Shown one piece after another: positions 54,708 through 64,000 of a stretch of 64,000 nucleotides of DNA. Below the pieces are notes generated by a model, which saw nothing but the letters and a program-made list of their open reading frames with translations, was not told where the DNA came from and did no database searches. Position 1 is the stretch's first letter; every line of letters starts with the position of its first letter. A program made the position numbers and the translations under genes. The DNA is from the human T2T-CHM13v2.0 reference genome, Homo sapiens. The DNA lies in NCBI RefSeq assembly GCF_009914755.1, contig NC_060932.1; one strand, 5' to 3'.

Positions 54708-57700
54708 AAATGTCTTTGTTCTTGCTGTATATTTCTTGAGTTCCTCCCATAGCTCAGGCTCTATGCGAGGCTAAATTTTATCCTAACATCATGGGATTCT
54801 TCAATCGAAGTCCCACACAGGCCAAGTTTAGCATTGGTAGAAGATGACAAAGGCAAGCTGATGTAAATTAGCCAAGATGTTCAGAAGGCCCAAGGCATCG
54901 AGAATGCTTCATTGAGAAGGCAGCATTTTTGCAGGACCTTGAGATAAACACTGAATTTTTTAGAGACTTGACCTTCATTGCTAAGCTCTACACCTAGCTG
55001 GAATTTCTACCTGTGTGATCCCAAGGCAATGCTCACATAGTAACCTATGGCTGGGTCCTCTTGCCTAGAAAGCCCCTGGGTATGCAAGATGCCAAAAAGA
55101 ACATGTCAGGCTTAATATTTCTTTCCCCATAGAGAAAAATGTCTTTGAAAATCATGCCATGATATTTAGAAGGAAACAACAAAATTATTTCTTATATCAA
55201 TGATTTTTTAAAAAATTTAAATTAGTAAAGTTGCCTCTAAGTTCTTTGCTAAACACAATCTATCATAACACAGGAGTTGTTAAAGTTATAATGCCATAAC
55301 CTCAAACAACAGAAATAAAGATTATTTAATGAAAATGGACTTTCAAAATTGTATAGAAATCTATAAATATTTTAAAAGTCGTTTCATATGAATACATCTT
55401 TACAGAAAGCATCCTCAGAAAAGAAGCACAGAAGATGAATTAACCTGAAATGAACATAAATTAGACAAGTTGACATTTTACTCCAAACAAACCAGAGTAA
55501 TGATTTATCTAGTTCTGCATGAAAATATGTCTAAGTATTCTCTCTCTCTCTTATTGTACTAAACACTGGAATTTTTTTTTTCTAAACTTTTCCTACTACT
55601 TGACTTTTTCATGTTTATTTGGTTTTGAATAACACTTTGACAACTTGATATTCCCTGCCCTGGTTTCCAGTGTGCTCTTTTTATCACAGTTTCATTTTTT
55701 ATTGTCTCCCATTTTTGCCCAAATTGAACAAAGTTTCTAAGTCGTTTTCTCTTATGGAACTGATCATTTACATAAGTGGTAGCCAATAGAGACAGTTGGC
55801 ATGAAACCAAGAGGGAGCCTCCATTTTGATGACTACTTTCAAAGAGCCTCAATACACCTTTCTCCATATCCATACCCATTCTAAAGAACTCAGTGCAACC
55901 TAGCTATTGCTCATGATTTTTCACCTCACTGATTCAACTCCTCATCAAATCGACTTTTATGGCTCCTAAAAAGAATGTTTAGTAAAGCTTGAAAGTGTCT
56001 CAGGAAAATGAAGACCACATGTCTAGAGCTGAGGCACCTAAATCCTTAGTACATCCAGATCCTCTGGAATTGTGCCAAATGTCCTCATGCCACTTGCACA
56101 GATGATGCTCCATGGTTTACTGGTTCTACATCTAGAGATGAATTTAGTGATGGAAATGAGGCAGTGAAAAACTTCAATCAACATATGATATTAATGTTAT
56201 ATAAACAGTAGTTCCAGGAACAGCATGCTTCAAATAGCTAAATAATATGTCCACCTGGTACCAAACAACCAGAACCAGAAGTAGCAAGTGTGTTTCTAAT
56301 TAAAATACTTCAAGTATGACCAAATAAAACCCACTGGTGTATCTGTGCTGCTCGGATTTGGAAAAGAGAGGCCCAGTGGGCATCACAGATGGCACCTGCC
56401 CTTCCACTCCCCAACCCTCAGTCTCACTCACATTTTTGGCCACAACTAAAAAGACTCTGTTTTCTATAATTTATAGATGAACCATCAGATTTATATTTAT
56501 TATAATTTATAACGAACCATCAGATTTAATTTTTATAAGACATAGTACCAGAATCAAAGATAACCATGAGTATATGAGCTTCTCTAAAATGTTTTAGAAG
56601 AAATTACCTGGAAATAAAACTTCAAAATGTTACCCCAATCCCATGTCAGTTAGCCAAAGTGCAACACCTGTGTGTGAGTGCACGTGTGTGTGAATGTGTG
56701 TGTGTACAGATGAGGGCATGAACAATCTTAGAACAGTAAGAAGGTGAGTCTTCTCAAAGGAATGTGAGTTTAATTGTTTAAATTCCAAGTGAACTTCAAA
56801 GAAATGGAAATAACAGCTTTGGCTAGAATGCAGATTGACAGGGAAGTGTAGAACATAATAATGACAGGAAGTCAGCATGTTGTGATTTGCTTTGGTTTTC
56901 ACATGTTCCTTTCTTCATAAACCTGTGACTATGTATGAAGAATAGACTTCATTTTTAATGTAAGTAATCTTTCTCATAGATTCAATTCCCAATGTGACCT
57001 TTTTAGAACTAAATTGTCTAACAAGACTGCTTAATATTTTAAATACTCAGTTCACTGTGTCTTAATTACAGGCCAAAACGGCACTGTGGGCCCAAACTAC
57101 CCTCTTGACTCGGCATATTGACCAAGTTAAGTGAATAATAGCACATCTCTTTTCCCTGCCTCTTCAGGTAATCACACTATGAAGGTCATACAAACAGTTT
57201 TTGTGTTGGAAAAGCCAAAATAATATGCTATTGAAATGCAAATGCCAGGGAAACTCTGGCAGTTTTCCCTCATTTCTAGACTCTAACTACAGGGAAAGTG
57301 CATGATATATAAACAGTAGTGCACAATATATAAATGGTAGTGCATGATATATAAACAGTAGTTCCAGGAACAGCATGCTTCAAACAGCGTGCTAGTCCAT
57401 TTTTACATAGAAGTGTGTGATCAAAGAAAAAGAAAAGTGTAATTTTTAATATTTTTGAGAAAGACACACTATATTCTCCAAAACGGCATACTCTGCAGGT
57501 TTTACTTAGACATTTTTTTCTAAATGATTTATCATAAAGAATATAACATCTTTTGAGTAAAATAAATAGAAGCAGGTAATTTAAATAACAAACAGAGCAG
57601 TAAAATTCTCAATGCTCTCAAGGCAAACCCTTATTCCCTCATTCCCATTCATGCTGCATTGACTCCAAGCATCCAGGTCAAAGTTGTTACAGTCTCATCC

Positions 57701-57759
57701 TGTTGTCAAAGCCAACTGGATGTCAAAAATACATACCATCCTAGTTACTGACTGACTCC

Positions 57760-58110
57760 TGAGCAGTTCCTCATTGCCGCCACTAGGCTAAAGCCTGAGG
57801 ATATAAAATATGAATAAGTCATCATCTCTATTCTTGAATCAGCGCTAAGAGCAATGAGAGAATCAAAGGTTCAAATTTATAAGATGTTTTAAAGCAGGGT
57901 GTGAAAAAAGGGCTATCGATGCACAAAAAGAGGGCAACGGAATCTATGGGGACCATCAAGAAAGGATTCATGGACTAAGTGGTATTTGAGTTGGACCTTG
58001 AAAGAAGTTTGCTGGGCAAAAAGAGGAAGCTCAAAGCACCATGTTCAGAGACATAGCACTGTGAACGTGGGTGTGCTCCAGGAGAGGCTAGTGCTGCTCA
58101 GTGCAGCTGC
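57760..58110 (-). mobile_element. L2 fragment
   Basis: CAAGAAAGGATTCATGGACTAAGTGGTATTTGAGTTGGACCTTGAAAGA. Confidence 0.6.
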
Positions 58111-60342
58111 AATCCTCTTTGTCCATTTGCCAACAGGCATCTTGAAGCTTGGCCAGGATCCTTTGCTGGACTATTCAAGAGCTGCTCCTATCTGGTTTGT
58201 TTACCACTTGGGTACAACTCCATATTAGATGGCCGCTGAGTGGTTCTTGGAAACAGAATACTGCTAATGCTTTGTAGTTGAACAACCCTTTTATTTTTAA
58301 AAACTGCCTTTAAATTCTCTTTCTGGCATATATCCAGTAGCTGATTTGAGCTCTTGAGGTCTGATCTCAATTGAAAATAGATTATCTATATAACTCAAGC
58401 AAAATGACCCTCTTTATAACATTTTCTGGAAAATGTAGGCAAGAGATTGATTAAATTTTTTCTCCATCAAAAAAAAAAAATCCTGCCTATGTTCCATGTA
58501 CCTCTCCTTAGTAGATCTCACCTACTTTGACCTCTCCCAGCTTGGACACCTGCCCTTCATCTACTCATAAGCTCTCCCATGTACACATGTTCACTAGTGG
58601 GCAAACATGCTTTAAAATAAGTCTTTGTCCATTTTATCATGTACAAGAAAATAAGTATTTTATCCAAGTTTCTGTGAAGTGTCTGTGTTATACATGCTTT
58701 AAGAGCCCCTGTTATGTCAATTATCCAGGTGCAAAGCTTTGACGCTTCAAAGTAACCACACCATAGTTTGGGTAGAATTGAAGACAACTAAGACCTTTCC
58801 TCAAAATACCAAAAATGTATTATTTAGAACACCTTAAGAAATTGTTTCCCTCACTACTATGGCATGGTGCCCATGGCATAGCTAGTGTCCTCCTTCATTG
58901 TAGGACCTGTTTGTGCGAGCAGTGCCTCCACTGGGGAATTATTAGATTTCTACTTAATCTCCCAATTAAGCAAAACTGATACACTAAAAACCCATCCCTC
59001 TGCTATTTTCTAAGATGGGGAAAGTATTTTTTCAATAGTATTGTAGTTTCTTACTTGACATGCACAGATGGTACTATTCATGTGCCAGCTAATTCCAACA
59101 GCTTATACTACGCATTTACAGTTCATATTACAATATGAAATACGTTAAGAGCACAAGGTATTTTGTACATGCTTCCACATACAAGTAAGACATTTAACAT
59201 GGTTTAATGTGCAAAGCACATGTGGGATTATGAGTCTGTTTCCATCCCTCCTTCCTCTTCCATTTTCCCATGTACTTCCTGTCACATACTGTCCACCCTG
59301 TGCTCTGCTGGGTAACAGTCCCGTGGTACTGAGCTGAACCTCACGTTGTCACTAGAGGAATGTAGCTAGACAAACATGAGTTTTGAATTTATTAGGAAGT
59401 CAATGTATCCTCTCATCTATCCCAGAGAAACCTCAGATCTTTCTAGGTTTCTCTAAATTCATTCCTTCAAGCCTGCTCTTTGGTTTTCAAGTCTGTTTTG
59501 TTTTTAATACATTTACCAATTGCTACCATGTGCAAGCACTACATGCTCTTGGAATCTGTTCATCTTTGCAAATGTCTGGCTCTGTCTTGCCTCACTGGCT
59601 AGTTTTCCCTGGTGATGAGATCTCGGTTCTTTATTATAGGGCAAGAGAACAGACAAGGACTGGACCCTGAAAGGCATTTGGCAAGAATGATGACAGGATG
59701 CTAAAATGACAACTTAAAACAAATTGAAAACCAAATTCATTTTGTATTAGCAATGCTACTTATTTTATTAAGCAAAAGAACAGAAGGCATTTCCACCACT
59801 GTCTTGATGACCAGGTCTAAGAGAATATTCTATGGCTCATTAGCAGGAAAGAAGAGCAACTTAAGGATATACAACAGAAGCATATTCAGCTCGTGCTGCC
59901 TGCACACACACAGCTATACAAGAATAAAGCTTTTTCACATAGTTAGAACATTTAGTAAATGCTTCTGTGCCTCACAGCTGCTGTCCTGGCCTAAAAGAAC
60001 ATAGGATTTAAATGAGGGCACAGTCTGGGAAAAGACCAGCACCCCTCACTGCTCCCTTTAACAAAAGCATATTAAACAATTCAAGGTGCCACAGAGATGA
60101 TAAAACAGGGAAGGAGGAAGAGGGCTGGGACACAGATGTCACACAGCAGCTCACTGCAGGAGAGGAGCAGGAATGACAGCCACAGTGCAACACAGAGGAC
60201 AAGAGGGGCAGGCTTTGGGAGGTGGACAGTCAGCCGAGCTGCAGGAGGGTTGCAGCTAAATTCTGTCTCCTGTGTGCTTTTTAAAGTAAATCAGAGGAGC
60301 AGAGTGGCATCTCTGATTCACATCAAATCAAAAATAGATTGT

Positions 60343-60700
60343 TGTCTTAGTCATTGCAGGCAGCTAAAATAAATTTCCACAGACCAGGTGGCTTAAACAC
60401 CAAGTATTTATTTTTCACAGTTCTGGAGGCTGGAAGTCCAAGATCAAGGCACCAGCATGGCTGGGTTCTGCTGAGGGCCTTTCCCAGAATGCAGACAGAC
60501 TTCTCATTGTGTCCTCACATGGTAGAAAGAGGGCCAGGGAGTTCTCTGTGGTTTCTTCCATAAGGGCACTCATCTCATCATGAGGCTCCACCCTCACAAC
60601 CTAATCACCTCCCAAAGGCTTCACTTCCTAACACCATTAAACTGGGGGTTAGGGGTTCAACATATGAATTTGCGGGCAACGTGAACACTCAGTTCATAAC
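60343..60700 (-). mobile_element. MLT1A-type MaLR LTR
   Basis: TGTCTTAGTC...TTCTGGAGGCTGGAAGTCCAAGATCAAGGCACCAGCA...CTAATCACCTCCCAAAGGC...TCATAACA. Confidence 0.88.
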
Positions 60701-60914
60701 AATCATGTTAGTTCATTCATGGCAGTAGAATAATGTCTTGGAAAATAGGAAGCATGGAATAAAATGGATGCCTTCAAACCATCACTTCGTCCATTTCTGT
60801 AATTCCTTTCTTCTCAAAATTTGAGAGTCCACTGAGTATCTAAAGAAACACTCCATCTTGCACCTGAACAGAATTATTCAATGCTAATATTTTCAATATT
60901 AACCACGATTATTG

Positions 60915-62570
60915 ATTCACATTATTCATTATTTATTCACAAAATTATCATTCTCATGCATTCATCTACTACGCACCAGATGCTAAGCTGCCCGCTTGCA
61001 GAAGATCAAAATGTAAAGGGAAAATAAACGATTAGCAAATGAAGACAGTGCATCATCAGGAAGGCATATATAAGGCTCCATGAAACCTCCGGGAGTAATT
61101 CCTTAACCATATTGGGACGGTGTTGGGATGAGAGAGGCTGGGGCAGAGAGGCCTCTCATAGGAGTTGACTTTGAGGCTACATATTAAAACATAAGAAGAA
61201 CTTCATTGAAGAAAACTCAAGAGAAAGAATTCCTGGGAGACAATGCACTATGGCAGGCTCTGGGAATGAGCGAAGGTGGGAAGTAGAATTTCACTGGTGT
61301 GGGGAAGACGGGCAGGGCTGAGTGACCAGAGGCAGTGACCGGGATGATATGAGCACAGGCTCTGCAGCCAGGCAGGCCAGGGTTGGACTCCTAACTCCTT
61401 CACTAACTGGTAGTGCAGCTTCTATGCCTCGGTTTCCTCCTCTCCTCATCCAAAAAGCGTAGTAGCACCTGTTAGCAACACATCGGTATCTCCGTTGAAC
61501 TACAGAGCTTAATAAATGCTAACTTTGCCTAGATGTCCAGTGCCCTCCATATAAAGGTTTTTCTTCTGAATGTCCTTTCTGAAAACTGTTGGAAAATTCC
61601 AAAAGTTGTTTGTTTGGCTTGGGTTTTGTGTTTAGGTTACATGGAGCCCACTCAAACCAAAGAGGCCATCAAAAGGGAAGTTCGCTGGGAAAAATCAGAA
61701 GGCAAGAACGGTCTCCAAAAGAAAAGTCTGAACGTGACACTCCCTTGCTTCAAGGCCATCAGTAGCTTCTCAGAGCCTACAAAAATGAGTCTAAGCTATA
61801 TTTTTCCATCAAGACTCTGCTAAGGTGTGACCTTCCCCATATGTATGTTCACTCCCCTCCCTAACCCTTAATGCAGTTAATCATCCAGTCTTGAACACAA
61901 CTTCCATAGCTTACATATACCATTGCCATTGGGCATGGAGTGATTTGTTTATGGGTCCATCTTTCCCACTGTTCCTATGCTGCTTCAAAGCAAGAAGTAG
62001 GACATAGCCACTTTGTGCTCTTAATGACCAGCTCAGTGAATGGCTCAGGTAGCTTCTAAGTAGCATTTGCTTATCTGAACCATCCTAAAGATTTTAGGAT
62101 GCCATAAGCAATAGGGAGAAGTATGATCATATTTATGTTGGAGAGATAATAATGTAAACCACAAAGAAGAGTATGGACTTAAGGAAGGAGAAAATAGATG
62201 CAGAAAGATCAGTTCAAAAGCTTTCAAAATAATCCCCACTGAGAGACGATGAGCACTAGAGTAAGGTGAGGAATGTAGAGAACATGTATTCAGAGCTTCG
62301 CACCTGGCAGAATGCTCCACACTTTTCAAATGTGACTGCAGTCTATCCTCAGTTACTGTTTCAGGGGAGTGCTATTTTTATCCCCATTTTATTTTTATTG
62401 TTTATTTATTTATTTATTGAGACAGGTTCTCACTCTGTCGCCCAGGCTGAAGTGCAGTGGTGCAATCTTGGCTCACTGCAACCTCTGCCTCCAGTATCCC
62501 TATTTTCAATATGAAACCAGACTACTGGGCAGTAAGACAACTTGTCCAAAGTCACATAGCTAATATGGAG
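60915..62570. mobile_element. Cluster of degraded L2 and MIR fragments
   Basis: ATTCATTTATTCAC (L2 end); GAGCACAGGCTCTGCAGCCAGGCAGGCCAGGGTT...TGCCTCGGTTTCCTC (MIR core); ACTTGTCCAAAGTCACATAGCTA (MIR antisense). Confidence 0.6.
62391..62494 (-). mobile_element. 5'-truncated Alu inserted in MIR
   Basis: (TTTA)n tail plus last ~75 nt of Alu. Flanking repeat TATCCC(C/T)ATTTT at 62379-62390 and 62495-62506. Confidence 0.9.
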
Positions 62571-63399
62571 TGGGAAGTGTGTTGGAGAAGAGGTAAAGAA
62601 TTTAAGAGATATTAGTAGGTTTAAAAACTCAATTAATAAATAAATCCTGGGGACAAGCAAGAGGAAAAATCATAGCGTCTAATTTGTATGCTTAAGTAAG
62701 ATCTTTAAAAAGCCAAGTGATATAGGAAAGAAGGACCAATTAAGGAGGGAAAGTCTGACTATTATGGTAATATTCTTGCACAATACCTGACATGGAATTC
62801 AGACGTCTACTCAAATAATTTAGACACAAATACTTTGAAATACACAGTTAATTGTTGCAAAGGTAACTTAAGAAAATGAAATGTTCATGAAGTGTTTTCA
62901 AGATTTAGCTTCACCTTATGTCTGAAATATAGAAAGCCTGACAGTTTCTCTGCTATAATGTTCTGTTTTTTCTATTACGACAAATACAATTCAACCAAGC
63001 GAAGTTGCTGTATGACCACATGAAGACCAGGCGGTAAAGTCCTAGATGAATCTTTAGGAAGGCAGAAACCCTATCTATTTTAATCATCTCTGTTTCCTGA
63101 ATGCCTTGCACAATACCTGGGACATTGCAGGCATTTAATCAATATTTAATAAATTGAGCCATTACATGCGTTATTAAAGTAAAATAACAGCATTATTCAT
63201 GTTTTTTCAAAAAGAAACATGTAGTTTCTCTGCTTTCAGTAATGTTACAATCACAGTAGGATCACAAAGGATCCGTACACACATATATAAGAGAGCATGT
63301 GGGCTACAGGACAACTGAGAAGCCCAGCATGAGGACTGTGGGAGGGATGAGGAGAGTTTGCTGCTGCTGCTGCGGGAGAAATATGTCACTGGGGACACC

Positions 63400-63750
63400 T
63401 TTATCTGAAGGTGACAAACTACCCAATTCAGGAAAACCACTTAAATAATAAGAGCATTCATTGTCTCACAAAATAAGAACAGAAGTCAGAAGTGCAAAGA
63501 TACCATCAAAGACTTGGCCTCTTTCTGCCTCTCTGCTGTGCCATGCAGAGCCTCAGATTCTACCGAGGCAGGCGCCCCAAATACCCTCCGGACGCTGGCA
63601 GCAGTTGCGTGCTTCATCTGTCCTCGTCCAGGTGCTCAGGAGAGGCTCGCCTGTGCTGGCTTCCTCTTGAGAAGGGAAACCATTTCTCGGGAGTGTTGGC
63701 TAAGGCTGCCTCTCATCCCTGGTCAGCATGAGTCACAGCCTCATTCTAGA
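63400..63750 (-). mobile_element. Old MLT1 (J/K-like) LTR remnant
   Basis: CACTTAAATAATAAGAGCATTCATTGTCTCACAAATAAG; CCTCTCATCCCTGGTCAGCATGAGTCACA. Diverged. Confidence 0.5.
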
Positions 63751-64000
63751 ACCTGGAGATGGCTTTCCCCTGGAGGGGCGGGGCTCACCCCGAGGAGTTT
63801 AAACTGGAGTCGGCTTTCACCCCTTGGAGGAGCAGGGGATAGCAGAAAATCACTACCTCTCTTAGGAAAGAGAAAAAAGGGCATGAGGTAAAGCTGCAGG
63901 GCGAGACAAGCTAGAGCTAAACCAGCCCCGAGGAACAGAAAGACACTCCCAGCCAAGATCCCGATTCACTGTAAGGATTAAAATGAAAGAAATAATCTGA

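Overview
Primate (very probably human) non-coding genomic DNA: AT-rich, CpG-depleted, and made mostly of interspersed repeats (Alu, L1PA/L1M, L2, MIR, MaLR/ERVL/ERV1 LTRs, MER63). I can support no intact protein-coding gene, RNA gene or CRISPR array. Nearly all ORFs in the track are Alu/L1/LTR read-through or chance. The main structured element is a 6.5-kb minus-strand gamma-like provirus (HERV-I/HERVIP10-like, tRNA-Pro PBS, two LTRs) with deleted and frameshifted gag, pro-pol and env. The most notable observations are two L1PA insertions whose TSDs enclose extra non-L1 DNA with its own poly(A) signal (3' transductions of ~1 kb and ~80 bp), an 83-nt hairpin made by an inverted duplication inside an MLT1 LTR, a young Alu with 4 of 6 AluYg6 diagnostics, a 20-bp minisatellite with higher-order structure, and several small templated duplication/inversion scars. 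I see no evidence of a novel multi-gene biological system. Subfamily names are from memory of consensus sequences and old-repeat boundaries are approximate; both need RepeatMasker/Dfam confirmation.
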